The notes: a model not told the origin generated them from the sequence alone. A DNA stretch of 64,000 bases from Anaerostipes sp. (GCA_028704435.1 JAQWFL010000011.1:2559-66558); one strand, 5' to 3'; positions 38,522 through 48,471 are shown, counted from the stretch's first letter. Program-made: numbers and translations.

Positions 38522-41500
38522 TTACGCTTCTGCGTCTTCTTTGCGTTTCTTAAAGAAAGCAAAGAGTCCAAGTGCAATACCTGCCACACCAATTCCCGCA
38601 TACAGCCAAGGATTGTAATTGTCTCCTGTCTGTGGGAGCTTCGGTTCGGTTGGTTTGTTGGTCAGATCCAGTGTATAAACGACACATTCTGGTGCATCAT
38701 CATCGTACTGTAAAACTACTTCATGCGCTGTGCTGTCTAGAATATAGCCATCCGCTGCTTTTGTCTCAACCACATAATACTTGATATCTGCTACAAAGTT
38801 GCCATCCTTGAATGTTGCGATTGGAAGCTCTTTAGACTCTGCATGACCGTCTTTGTCAGTCACAAGTTTCTCAATGACCTTACCATCTGCATCACGGATT
38901 TCAAATTCAACTCCTGCGATTCCCTTTTTTGTGTACTCATCTGTCTTGTTAATGACAATCTTTCCACTAACAAGTTCATCCTTCATGGATACCTTCTGAA
39001 CTTCTCCAGTATCTTTTACCTCAAATTCCACATCATTGGCAATCTTATAGCCATAAGGAGCTGTCTCTTCTCTTAAAGTGTACTTGCCAACTGGTAGTTT
39101 TTCCACAAGGTGGTTCTTTCCAGCTTCAGATATCCACTTTTCAATTACTTTTCCTGTGGAATCAATAATGGTAAGTTCTGCACCTGCAAGTTCGTATTCG
39201 CCAGTAATATCAGTCTTTGAAAATTCCACTTTTGTTGTGTCATTTACAAACTCAGCTGTAAACTCAATGACTGCTTTCTCTTCACCCTGATAAGAAGCAT
39301 CTATATCCACTACTTTATCAGAAGAAGCATATCCCTTTGGTGCTTCCAATTCTTTGACATAATACTTGCCAAGTGGAAGGTCACTGGCAAAGATACATTT
39401 GCCATCTTTTCCTGTTGCTGCTCTTTCAATCTGTGTATCCTTTGCAATGACAACTTTGCCATCTGCATTCAGGATATCTTCTTTTGCAAAAAGACCAAAT
39501 ACTGCCCCCTCTAATGCTTCCCCTGTTTTAGAGTCTGCCTTTGTTACAGTAATCTGTACTTTCTGTCTCTCATTGGTCACATTCATGCCAGCATAGACAA
39601 TGGCTGTGTCCTGATCCACATAAGATACATCTGCATCAATCGGTGTGCTGTCTAATACAAATCCCTCGATTGTCTTTGTCTCCACAAGATAATACTTGCC
39701 AAGTGGAAGATTCTCGATGCTTGCATAACCATTCTCATTGGTTTCAATGGTAGCCACCAGCTCGTCTGCCTTATAATGCACAGTTCCAAGTCCATCCGGG
39801 CTTACAATATCTTCTTTTGCATATACTTCAAAAGTAACCCCTGCAAGGCTCTTCTTGAAATAATTGAAGATGAAATCATACCAGTGTCCTTTCACAAGGG
39901 TTGCATCCTGTACAAATTCTCCATCCTTGTTCACAATAATTGTTCCAGTAGGCACCTCATCCTTCATCTCAACAGACTGGATTTCTTCGGTATCTTCTAC
40001 TGTGAACTGTACTTCTGCTGCTTTCAAATATCCATATGGAGCGTAGTCTTCACGAAGTGTGTAAGTCTCGCCTACTACAAGTCTTTTGATCACATGTGCT
40101 TCCTCTGCATTAGATACCCAGGTTTCCACTATATTTCCATTCTGATCAAGAACAGTTAAAGTAGCACCGCTAAGTTCTGCACCACTTGTAATATCTGTCT
40201 TAGTAAATTCGAATGTTGTAGGTGTGTTAAGGCATTCTTCCGTCAGTTTCACAACTGCTACATCCTGTCCCTGGTACTCTGCTTCAAAGGTAAGAACTTC
40301 CTCCGTTGATACATAACCTGCTGGAGCTGAAATTTCTTTTGCATAATACTTTCCTAATGGATAATCCTTTGTAAAAGTAATCATTCCATCTGTACCGGAT
40401 TCTGCTGTTTCTAATAATTCGCCTGCTTTCACAAGCACTTTACCATCTACATTCACAATATCTTCGTCTGCATAGAGTCCAAATACTGCACCTGCGATTG
40501 GAAGTTCTGTCTCGCTGTCTTTCTTTTCTACAGATAATGAAATCTTCTGTCTGTCGTTTGCAAATGTCATGGATTCATAGATTACTGGTGTCTTATCATC
40601 CACATAAGCAAATGTGACCGTCTGTTCCTCACTGTTTAATACATATCCGTAAGGTGCTTTTGTTTCCACTACGCGGTAAGTTCCAAGTGGCAGATCACCT
40701 AAGACTGCTTTTCCGTCCTCTCCTGTTGTAATGGTTGCTACAAGATCACCCTTTGCATAATACTTGGTTCTGACACCGTTCTCATCCAGCTGATAATCAT
40801 TGGTAAAGATATCTTCCGCTGCATAGACTTCAAATTCTGCACCTGCAAGACTGCCTTCTTTATAGATGAATTCTTTTTCATCTGTTGAAGCAAATAATCC
40901 ACCTGCATAAGAATCAAGGACTTCGCCTTTCTTCTCAACGGTAAGTTCTCCTACAGCCGGAGCATCCTGATAAGCGACATCAATGATTGCTTCGTAAGTG
41001 TCTGGATCGACCTGATATGCAGTATCTGAATCAACAGCCACTGTAATATAAGTGGTATTGATCACATATCCGTTTGGTGCTGCGATTTCTTCAATACGAT
41101 AGTTTCCTAATTTTAAAGCTTCAGGAAGGATTAAATCTCCGTCTGCATCCGTAGAGAAGGTTGTGTGTTTCACTTTGGTTGGATACGTTGTAATCTGTTC
41201 CACATATTCTTTCTTATCCAGGTTGTAAATCTTAAAGGTTGCATTTGGTACGAGAACTGTTTTTCCAGTCTTTGAATCCTGCTTAATCACACGAAGTTTT
41301 GCAGTAAATTCACGGTCAATAAAGACTCTCCATACCTGAGGCTCCGTAGGATGATTCTCGACAATCTTCACTTCAAATGGTTTTACTGTTTCCATGTTAT
41401 GAGGTGTGATTGTTTCGATTACCACATAAGTTCCATAAGGGATTGGCTGTGTTACAAGATGTCCCTTTTCATCTGTAAGAAGTGTTGTTTCACCATTGCT

Positions 41501-43897
41501 TCCAATGACGACTTTCTCTGCACTGTCAAAATCATAACTGCCATCTGCTTTTACAGATAAGGACGACTTCAGATATACAGTGAATCCAGCTCCTGAAAGA
41601 AGTGGTGCTTCTGTATCATCGCCATTGTCTGATACTTTAATTAACTGGAATGGCTGTTTGATGACCTGTTCTGCTGACTTTGTGCTTCGGGAAACCTCTG
41701 CAACAAGGTCATTCTCATAATCGCATACTACATCATGTTCCTCTTCATCTAAAAGATATCCCTCCGATGGAGTAATCTCTTTCACATAGTAGTTACCGAG
41801 ATACAGGTTGTTGATTTCTGCCTCTCCTTTAGCATCAGTCGTAAGCTCTGCGACTAAATCTCCTGCTTTGAAGATAACACCTGTCGTTCCATCTGGATGA
41901 GCAATGTCATTTCTGGCATAAAGACCATATACTGCGCCTTCTAGCTTTGCATCTCCCTGTGGTACAGCCTTGCCAGTTTCCTTATCTACTTTGTAGAGAT
42001 GAATCTTGGCTGTGGTTCTGTCATTCTTAAAGGTGTGAGCAAAGGATGCTGTCGGTGTTGTGTTTGACAGATAATTGAAAGTGAAGCTATAAGAATCACT
42101 CTGGTTTCTGGTATAGGCATATGGTGCCTGTGTTTCTGTGATATAGTAACCATTGGCGATTGGAAGGTCTACTGTATAAGCAGCTGTTCCATCCTCTCCT
42201 GTTATTACGGTCTGAATAGCAGTTCCTTTTGTCATAATGACCTGTCCTGCATAATTCTTGATATCGTTGCCTGCATAAAGTGTGTACTTGCCACCATCTA
42301 AAGGGTTGTCTGTATCAGAATCTTTCTTTACAACTGATACATTGGCTTTCTGTCTGGTATTGTAAATGCTGGTTGCTTCATACTGAACATCCACAGTCTG
42401 ATCTTTGTACTCAATCTTTACCGTCTGAGGTGTTGTGTTGATAGTATAACCGTCAATCGTTCCTGTTTCGGTAATCACATAAGTTCCAAGGTGAAGGTCT
42501 GTGACGACCACTTTCCCATCTGATCCTGTGGTGACTGCTTCTTTTACAACATCGCCTTTGTTATAGACTTTGCTTCCATCTGCCTTATGGATATCTGCAC
42601 CCGCAGTCAACTTGAAGGTTGCACCTGGAAGATTCTTTGTCTCATAAGTGAAGTTACTGCCATTCCATCCAGTCAGGACTTCTCCCTGCTTTGTGATGGT
42701 AATTGCACCAAGCTGTTCCTTATCCGTAGCTGAGATACCTGTTGTCTGTCCCGCTTTTACTGTTAAGGTGTGCACCTTGCCGGATAACACATATCCCTTT
42801 GGTGCTTTGATTTCTTTTACATAGTAAGTTCCTGCAACTAATGCTTTTGACTTCGCATAGCCATTCCCATCTGTTGTCATTTCCCCTACCATATTGCTGC
42901 ATCCGCTGTCAGAATAGATTCCATAGACTGCACCAGACAGTTTTACTCCACTGGATTCATCTGTCTTTGTAATCTCTCCATAGCCGATATTCTCTGTCTT
43001 TACTTTCATATAGGCAGATAAAGGATCCGCATTTGGAACTTCTGAAACGAATTCCTGATAACCATTCTTTCCTGTCAGCCAGAAAACACAGCTATCATCT
43101 ACGGTAACTGCACCTGTACTGGAACTGAATGTTCCTGTGGTTGCTGTCGTATTCACTGTTTTAGAATAAACAGTCATTGAATTACCACTCTTATCGACAC
43201 TGTATCCATCTAAAGAGAAACTGTAATTACCAAGTGTTCCATTACTGTCTGTAAAAGTTTTCTCAAACCTCTGATTACTCTCATTCCATTTCAATTCATA
43301 AGTCTCTGCACCACTCTTTGTAGAAGATGCAAAGCTTGGGATTGAAGCATTGTAGGAATTATTGATATTGTCACAAAGACTTGTGTAATAATTATAAGAA
43401 GCATCTGCCCCTGGTGCTGTATTACACAGTTTCTTTGCAGCTGAATCTGCGCTGCCCGTTCCAAAGATACCATTGGCAATAATCCATACCATTGCCTGTG
43501 TCGCAATATAAGCATTCGCCTGATCATTGCTTGGAGCTGATACATCAGTGGAACTAAAACCACAATAAAGGCAGTATGACAGGTATTTCTCCTGCTGTGC
43601 TGTCATGCTGGTGCTTGTATTATCATAGCTGTTCATCAGCTGTCCACCATCTGCGGATAGACCAAAGTTCATACAATAGCCTGTATGACCATCAATCATC
43701 GCATATAAAACTTTTCCATGATTATATCCAGCTTTTAATTCACTGACTTCACCGGATGCTTTTGTTGAAGCATTCCAGAATGAAATCTTTGCACTGGCAC
43801 TGGCTGCAAAAGCAGTTGTGCCATTCGTAAACATAGCTGAAAACATAGTCAATATAGCAAGAAATCCTGCTAAAAAACGCTTCCATTTCTGTTTCAT
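38522..43897 (-). CDS. LPXTG-anchored SpaA/Cna-B repeat surface adhesin
   Basis: Signal peptide; many L.GA.F / G.Y...E..AP.GY repeats; LPQTG + TM + basic tail. Confidence 0.92.
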   Translation of the reverse strand: MKQKWKRFLAGFLAILTMFSAMFTNGTTAFAASASAKISFWNASTKASGEVSELKAGYNHGKVLYAMIDGHTGYCMNFGLSADGGQLMNSYDNTSTSMTAQQEKYLSYCLYCGFSSTDVSAPSNDQANAYIATQAMVWIIANGIFGTGSADSAAKKLCNTAPGADASYNYYTSLCDNINNSYNASIPSFASSTKSGAETYELKWNESNQRFEKTFTDSNGTLGNYSFSLDGYSVDKSGNSMTVYSKTVNTTATTGTFSSSTGAVTVDDSCVFWLTGKNGYQEFVSEVPNADPLSAYMKVKTENIGYGEITKTDESSGVKLSGAVYGIYSDSGCSNMVGEMTTDGNGYAKSKALVAGTYYVKEIKAPKGYVLSGKVHTLTVKAGQTTGISATDKEQLGAITITKQGEVLTGWNGSNFTYETKNLPGATFKLTAGADIHKADGSKVYNKGDVVKEAVTTGSDGKVVVTDLHLGTYVITETGTIDGYTINTTPQTVKIEYKDQTVDVQYEATSIYNTRQKANVSVVKKDSDTDNPLDGGKYTLYAGNDIKNYAGQVIMTKGTAIQTVITGEDGTAAYTVDLPIANGYYITETQAPYAYTRNQSDSYSFTFNYLSNTTPTASFAHTFKNDRTTAKIHLYKVDKETGKAVPQGDAKLEGAVYGLYARNDIAHPDGTTGVIFKAGDLVAELTTDAKGEAEINNLYLGNYYVKEITPSEGYLLDEEEHDVVCDYENDLVAEVSRSTKSAEQVIKQPFQLIKVSDNGDDTEAPLLSGAGFTVYLKSSLSVKADGSYDFDSAEKVVIGSNGETTLLTDEKGHLVTQPIPYGTYVVIETITPHNMETVKPFEVKIVENHPTEPQVWRVFIDREFTAKLRVIKQDSKTGKTVLVPNATFKIYNLDKKEYVEQITTYPTKVKHTTFSTDADGDLILPEALKLGNYRIEEIAAPNGYVINTTYITVAVDSDTAYQVDPDTYEAIIDVAYQDAPAVGELTVEKKGEVLDSYAGGLFASTDEKEFIYKEGSLAGAEFEVYAAEDIFTNDYQLDENGVRTKYYAKGDLVATITTGEDGKAVLGDLPLGTYRVVETKAPYGYVLNSEEQTVTFAYVDDKTPVIYESMTFANDRQKISLSVEKKDSETELPIAGAVFGLYADEDIVNVDGKVLVKAGELLETAESGTDGMITFTKDYPLGKYYAKEISAPAGYVSTEEVLTFEAEYQGQDVAVVKLTEECLNTPTTFEFTKTDITSGAELSGATLTVLDQNGNIVETWVSNAEEAHVIKRLVVGETYTLREDYAPYGYLKAAEVQFTVEDTEEIQSVEMKDEVPTGTIIVNKDGEFVQDATLVKGHWYDFIFNYFKKSLAGVTFEVYAKEDIVSPDGLGTVHYKADELVATIETNENGYASIENLPLGKYYLVETKTIEGFVLDSTPIDADVSYVDQDTAIVYAGMNVTNERQKVQITVTKADSKTGEALEGAVFGLFAKEDILNADGKVVIAKDTQIERAATGKDGKCIFASDLPLGKYYVKELEAPKGYASSDKVVDIDASYQGEEKAVIEFTAEFVNDTTKVEFSKTDITGEYELAGAELTIIDSTGKVIEKWISEAGKNHLVEKLPVGKYTLREETAPYGYKIANDVEFEVKDTGEVQKVSMKDELVSGKIVINKTDEYTKKGIAGVEFEIRDADGKVIEKLVTDKDGHAESKELPIATFKDGNFVADIKYYVVETKAADGYILDSTAHEVVLQYDDDAPECVVYTLDLTNKPTEPKLPQTGDNYNPWLYAGIGVAGIALGLFAFFKKRKEDAEA

Positions 43898-43935
43898 AGG
43901 ATTGTTTCCTCCCTTAATTCTTGTTTTCAGGCAAT

Positions 43936-43970
43936 AAAAAAACAGGTTAAAGTATTTGGCTCTAACCTGT
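43936..43970 (-). terminator. Intrinsic terminator between lipoprotein and adhesin genes
   Basis: ACAGGTTA / TAACCTGT stem plus U7. Confidence 0.65.
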
Positions 43971-43994
43971 CGTCTTCAATTACCTATTAAATTG

Positions 43995-44747
43995 TCATGC
44001 TCTGTAGCATCGAAATTCATAGCATTGCTTACCGTAATAATCATAAGTACCTGCGTATTCAATCAAAAAATATGGACCATTCTCTAATACCAGCATATCT
44101 GAAATATACTGGGCAATGTCGTCCTCACTGTTGAAACTTGTTGTACCCGACACACTTCTTGCTTCTGCCATGTTACTGTCTACATATACACTGTAATAAC
44201 CAGCTCCATCATATGGATAATACTCATTATATTCTTCCTGAGATATCTGCCCATTTGCAAGCAGGTTATCAAGATTCTCTGTAAGAAGTACCTTGCCTGC
44301 CGCTTTTGTCTTTGCAGTTGCAAGAGCAACTACATTCTGTGGACTGTATTCCACTCTGGAAGGCTGTTGTGGCTGTGTAGCTTCCGGTGCTGGCTGAGTT
44401 GTTTGCTCAGCTGGTGTCTCATTTGTCTGTTGTGGTTCGGATGCTTCTTGCTTTGGTTTCTCTACCGTATTGTTATCAGATGAAGAGTTTTGTTGCTTTG
44501 TATCCTTTTCCAGTTCTTCTGAATCAGTTGAATCTTCAGCATTTACCTCATCCGTCTGCATTTCTGTAGGCTCTTCCGTCTGCATTTCTGTTGGTTGCTC
44601 GGTTTCTTTTATAGTTTCAGTCGGTGTCTCTGTTTCCGTCTCTTTAACCAAGTCAACTATTTTACTATCTGAACTTTCATCCGGCTTTCCACATCCTACT
44701 GCAACAAGACATATTACGGATAAAAAGATAATCATTATCTTCTTCAT
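43995..44747 (-). CDS. Lipoprotein with a low-complexity E/T/Q/P linker
   Basis: Lipobox LVAVGC. Confidence 0.8.
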   Translation of the reverse strand: MKKIMIIFLSVICLVAVGCGKPDESSDSKIVDLVKETETETPTETIKETEQPTEMQTEEPTEMQTDEVNAEDSTDSEELEKDTKQQNSSSDNNTVEKPKQEASEPQQTNETPAEQTTQPAPEATQPQQPSRVEYSPQNVVALATAKTKAAGKVLLTENLDNLLANGQISQEEYNEYYPYDGAGYYSVYVDSNMAEARSVSGTTSFNSEDDIAQYISDMLVLENGPYFLIEYAGTYDYYGKQCYEFRCYRA

Positions 44748-44892
44748 AAATCCACCTATCCTTTCCGTAAGAGGGATAGGCTTCGTGTTCCGTGCCTGTC
44801 CACTCTTACTTCAATCGTGAACATCATTTGTTAAGTTAGCACGGGACACTTCATGGACTGTCCCGTATTCTGTGCATTACATTCTCCCTTCA

Positions 44893-44973
44893 TCATACCA
44901 TTAATTTCTTCAGACCAAAGAAATATTTCATCAGTCTTCTGTTTTTTCTATAAGCCGCAAAAAATCTGATCAT
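44893..44973 (-). CDS. 26-aa basic peptide MIRFFAAYRKNRRLMKYFFGLKKLMV
   Basis: GAGGAGGTGA RBS; hand translation. Confidence 0.45.
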   Translation of the reverse strand: MIRFFAAYRKNRRLMKYFFGLKKLMV

Positions 44974-44998
44974 AAAATTCACCTCCTCTCACGACTTT

Positions 44999-45175
44999 TT
45001 ATGGTGTTCCTGCTCTGACAAATGCCAAGAATAATCTGGCTACCAGCCCAAACAGTAGAAGGAAGATTTTTGCCAGTGCAAGTACAAGTTTCAATATACC
45101 AAGCAATACCCAAAGGATTCCTTTTAAAATTGTAAGTAACAAACTGCCTAATCCGGCAAAAAATCTTCTTATCAT
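44999..45175 (-). CDS. 58-aa Leu-rich amphipathic membrane peptide MIRRFFAGLGSLLLTILKGILW...RAGTP
   Basis: AAGGAGG RBS; hand translation; below the track size cutoff. Confidence 0.7.
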   Translation of the reverse strand: MIRRFFAGLGSLLLTILKGILWVLLGILKLVLALAKIFLLLFGLVARLFLAFVRAGTP

Positions 45176-45189
45176 GGTTACTACCTCCT

Positions 45190-45615
45190 TTACATTTCAG
45201 GCATCCAGCTCGTTGCCAATCCCGATACCACTTCATCGTCTTGCGGTGCTTCTGGTTCATGTTCAGTATTTACTATCGCTGCTTTTGCCACTGATTCGGT
45301 AACCCGACTTCCTGAAACTGCTGTGCCCAATACTCGGATAACTTCTCTTCTTGCTTCCGTCATAGCAGCTTCCATAATCTCCTGCTTGATTTCTTCTAAT
45401 TCATCAGTTGTGACATACCGTGTGCTGTTGTCTTCCTTAATCAACACTTCCTTGCCAAAGTTTTCGATATAGAACTCAATAGCATCAATAATGAACTGAT
45501 TCTTGGATTTACACACATCTTTATCAATGCTGCATAAAATCTCATTGATTTTTACATGCTGTGGATTGTTCATATTTAGCCTTAGACTGTTAAACACAAG
45601 ATTTTCTCTAGCCAT
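45190..45615 (-). CDS. Putative ParR-like DNA-binding adaptor
   Basis: RHH-like SLRLN...SKNQFIIDAI.FY; directly downstream of ParM. Confidence 0.55.
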   Translation of the reverse strand: MARENLVFNSLRLNMNNPQHVKINEILCSIDKDVCKSKNQFIIDAIEFYIENFGKEVLIKEDNSTRYVTTDELEEIKQEIMEAAMTEARREVIRVLGTAVSGSRVTESVAKAAIVNTEHEPEAPQDDEVVSGLATSWMPEM

Positions 45616-45629
45616 CGTAAATACCTCCC

Positions 45630-46556
45630 TTATGCTCTCTTCTGCAAGTTTCTAAGACCAATCTCAGCTAACTGTTCATATCCTCTGGCATTCGCTTTAA
45701 TATCAAGAATATAGTCAATGTTTTTCTGATCATAACCACCATAGTTTTTCATTACAACCGCTCCACCGCCCACGAATATGATTGGTGTTGTCTTTAGGTT
45801 ATAACCATACTCTCGGATGGAGTTATAAACTCGTTCTGCAAAAGCTTCAATCTCCTCTCTTGCAATTTCGTAATATTCTTCCTCTTTCGCATAATCCTTA
45901 CCATAACGCATCATGTTCTGCAATTCGCCCTCATCGATTTCTCCATTAAAGAGACGAACGCACTTTTCATTGATGGATCTCATGCAGGTAATCAATCCCT
46001 TTGGAATCGTAATACAATTCGATTCATCAGGTGATTTGTTAATCACTGGCATAATGTCGATTGTCCAAGAGCCAATATCAACAATCAGTGTTTTCTTTTT
46101 AAATGATACAATTCTGTCTGCAACTGCTGCATAGCACTGTGGAAATACTGCTGCATTTACAATTCTGATGTGATATTCTGTACCTTCAAATCTAAATGAT
46201 ACCTCTTTCTTATCCGTCAGATATTTTACAAAATCAGCTTTTTCACTTCCAAATCTTGTAAGCGGAAGTCCAACCGCAAGGAATATTTCTGCATCCGTCT
46301 TACCTCTCCTACGAAGTTCTTTTGCAATTGAAGCATATGTCAGAATCAAAAATGATTCATCCTCTGTTTTTGTATCCTTAACTTCCTGACGCTGTGTACC
46401 AATCTTGAAGTACTTTCCATCCAGCTCTAATACATCATCTAAAACTGCTGGCTCTGTTCTTATTTCTCTCGCTCCGGTAATAAATACCTGCGAAACGGTC
46501 TTCATCATTGACCAGCCATGATCAATGCCTATGACTTCTAATTTGTTTGCTTGCAT
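45630..46556 (-). CDS. ParM/StbA actin-like ATPase (start MQANKL)
   Basis: IGIDHGWSMMK, GLPL, PQ, VDIGSWTID, FVGGGA, ANARG; GAGGAGG RBS. Confidence 0.9.
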   Translation of the reverse strand: MQANKLEVIGIDHGWSMMKTVSQVFITGAREIRTEPAVLDDVLELDGKYFKIGTQRQEVKDTKTEDESFLILTYASIAKELRRRGKTDAEIFLAVGLPLTRFGSEKADFVKYLTDKKEVSFRFEGTEYHIRIVNAAVFPQCYAAVADRIVSFKKKTLIVDIGSWTIDIMPVINKSPDESNCITIPKGLITCMRSINEKCVRLFNGEIDEGELQNMMRYGKDYAKEEEYYEIAREEIEAFAERVYNSIREYGYNLKTTPIIFVGGGAVVMKNYGGYDQKNIDYILDIKANARGYEQLAEIGLRNLQKRA

Positions 46557-46610
46557 TTCGCAATTCCTCCTCTTCCTGATAAAGTCTCTAATTTTCTGTA
46601 GCATTGCCAA

Positions 46611-46853
46611 TCACCCTTTTCCCAACAATTTTTTCATACAAGGAAAACAATAACCTTCATTTTGCTTATATGGGCAATCTGTACATTCATTTTGTTGAAT
46701 CTTTTTTTGTTCTTCCTTTTTAATGCAATTACTATTAACACATCTATTATCGTTGCCCCAAAAGTAATGACATCTCATACATTCTCTGATATCTTTGTCA
46801 ATCCTACGCTCTTCACCGTTTTTCCTCTTAACTGATTTGGCTTGTTCTTTCAT
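46611..46853 (-). CDS. Small Cys-rich (probable Zn-binding) protein
   Basis: CMRCHYFW...C...C...CTDCPY...CFPC. Confidence 0.65.
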   Translation of the reverse strand: MKEQAKSVKRKNGEERRIDKDIRECMRCHYFWGNDNRCVNSNCIKKEEQKKIQQNECTDCPYKQNEGYCFPCMKKLLGKG

Positions 46854-46986
46854 TGATACGCTTCTCCTTACTGATTAACGCATCGTGAAATTCTTCCATC
46901 TTCCTATCAGCATAGCTGGCTGATTTCGTTAATGAGAAAAATGGTAATAACAATAGAACAGTAATCACTGCAATTTTTCCTATCAT
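46828..46986 (-). CDS. 52-aa membrane peptide MIGKIAVITVLLLLPFFSLTKSASYADRKME...
   Basis: GGAGG RBS; hand translation; overlaps the start of the next gene. Confidence 0.5.
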   Translation of the reverse strand: MIGKIAVITVLLLLPFFSLTKSASYADRKMEEFHDALISKEKRINERTSQIS

Positions 46987-47492
46987 TCTGCTTCCTCCAA
47001 TTCTTTCATAGCTTCTGCCATGTAAGAATGTACGTTGACTGTTTCAAGTCCCTCCCCCGTACATTTGGAGTTATTCCTGGGAGTTACAAACGAGCTGCTT
47101 TCGCATTCATGACGCATTATCTTTCGATAACACTATCTCCTCTATTGCCATTTCGAGGATAAGGTCAAATCTCCTGACCTCCATGGATTATTATCCTTCC
47201 GCAATACCTAAAAACCCTTTTACCAGATTTGTTCCCTGCTCCTCGTTCTTCATTTCTCAATCCATCGAACTACTAATATGAAAGCAGTGGTCTTGAACCC
47301 TCCAGGCAGATACCCCGGAATTTTACTCCTTGAGATTTCTCTCTTGTCGTATCATTCACTTTACGAATTTGTAACTGTATTTAATTGTTATCCAAACTCT
47401 CGCTTGGAATGTACTTATTCTATCTTGAAACAGAATTTCTCGAAAGAAACTAGACTGGTGTATTTTACTTTTTTCGCACCAGTTTTTGGTGT

Positions 47493-47750
47493 TTATTCCT
47501 CCTGAACTACTTTTACATATATATGCTTAGGTAATGGTCTTACTGGCTCTAAAAACTGCTCTAAATAATTTTCAAATAGTTCTGTATTAACCAATGCGGA
47601 TGCACCAACTTTGTATATTGCTCCTGCTTCTTTGGCTAATGCCATAAATCTTGTCTTACCTAAGCTGTAGATGATAGCACCCTCAGATGCATTTACATAT
47701 TTCTTCATAACTTCCTTTGTATCTGAATATGTCTTATATGAATACGCCAT
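47493..47750 (-). CDS. DUF6462 (Xis-like HTH) protein
   Basis: KKYV...EGA..YSLG...F..LAK.AGA.YK....LVN...F..YLE.F. Confidence 0.75.
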   Translation of the reverse strand: MAYSYKTYSDTKEVMKKYVNASEGAIIYSLGKTRFMALAKEAGAIYKVGASALVNTELFENYLEQFLEPVRPLPKHIYVKVVQEE

Positions 47751-47754
47751 TCTC

Positions 47755-48213
47755 TCACTCCTTTCCTTGCGTCCATAAGGGATTCTTCATTGGTCTTTGT
47801 TCTTCTCTGAACTGCTCCATATAATCGTCAAAAATATCTAAACTGATAAGAACCGTTCCTCCAGTACCTTCATTTATTTTGTAGACAGCTCCTGCGGCTC
47901 TTGCCATTTCAATGAACCTATGATGACCAATGCTGTACATGATAGAACCTTCGCCAATTCTTACATATTTTTTTTGCACATATTTACTCGTTCCTGGAAC
48001 TCGGTATAAATGCTTCATATAATTCTCCAATTTCTTATTATATATAAGTGTTATTCGTGGGAGTTGATATAACGCTCCTGCACTACATGCCAATGCTTTT
48101 ATAATCTCCTCGCTCATATCAAATTGCCTGCACACTTCTTCAATCCGTTCACATCTTTTTGACACGTTTTCATTTACATAGGATCTTATCGTTGGGTTAA
48201 GTTGATTCACCAT
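47755..48213 (-). CDS. Double-domain DUF6462 protein
   Basis: Degenerate N-terminal copy plus KKYVRIGEGSIMYSIG...ARAAGAVYKI...LDIFDDYMEQF. Confidence 0.75.
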   Translation of the reverse strand: MVNQLNPTIRSYVNENVSKRCERIEEVCRQFDMSEEIIKALACSAGALYQLPRITLIYNKKLENYMKHLYRVPGTSKYVQKKYVRIGEGSIMYSIGHHRFIEMARAAGAVYKINEGTGGTVLISLDIFDDYMEQFREEQRPMKNPLWTQGKE

Positions 48214-48225
48214 GTCACCAGCTCC

Positions 48226-48471
48226 TTACTTATAAAAATCATCGTCTACTATATGAAATGCTTCCAAATATTCATCGATAATCTCCAGATTCACAAGTAC
48301 TAACTGCTTAACCTTATAACAAGCTTTTGCATCTTTCGCCCACTGCATAAATGTTGAAACACTAACATGATATATAGCTGCCCCATCTGGATATCTAACA
48401 AATTTGTCCATATTCTTTCTTCTCTGGCTCTGTACTTTCTCCATATAATTCTCCATTCTTCTTTTGACCAA
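48226..48471 (-). CDS. DUF6462 (Xis-like HTH) protein
   Basis: KFVRYPDGA.IY....F..WAKDAKACYKVKQLVLVNL.IIDEYLE.F. Confidence 0.75.
   Translation of the reverse strand: MVKRRMENYMEKVQSQRRKNMDKFVRYPDGAAIYHVSVSTFMQWAKDAKACYKVKQLVLVNLEIIDEYLEAFHIVDDDFYK

Noticed and set aside
38640-43000. DNA repeats such as ATAATACTTGCCAAGTGGAAG in the adhesin
   Set aside because: Explained by Cna-B/SpaA domain repetition
44979-45260. 93-aa ORF from the track
   Set aside because: Overlaps the ParR-like gene and lacks an RBS; the 58-aa frame at 44999-45175 has AAGGAGG and fits the operon
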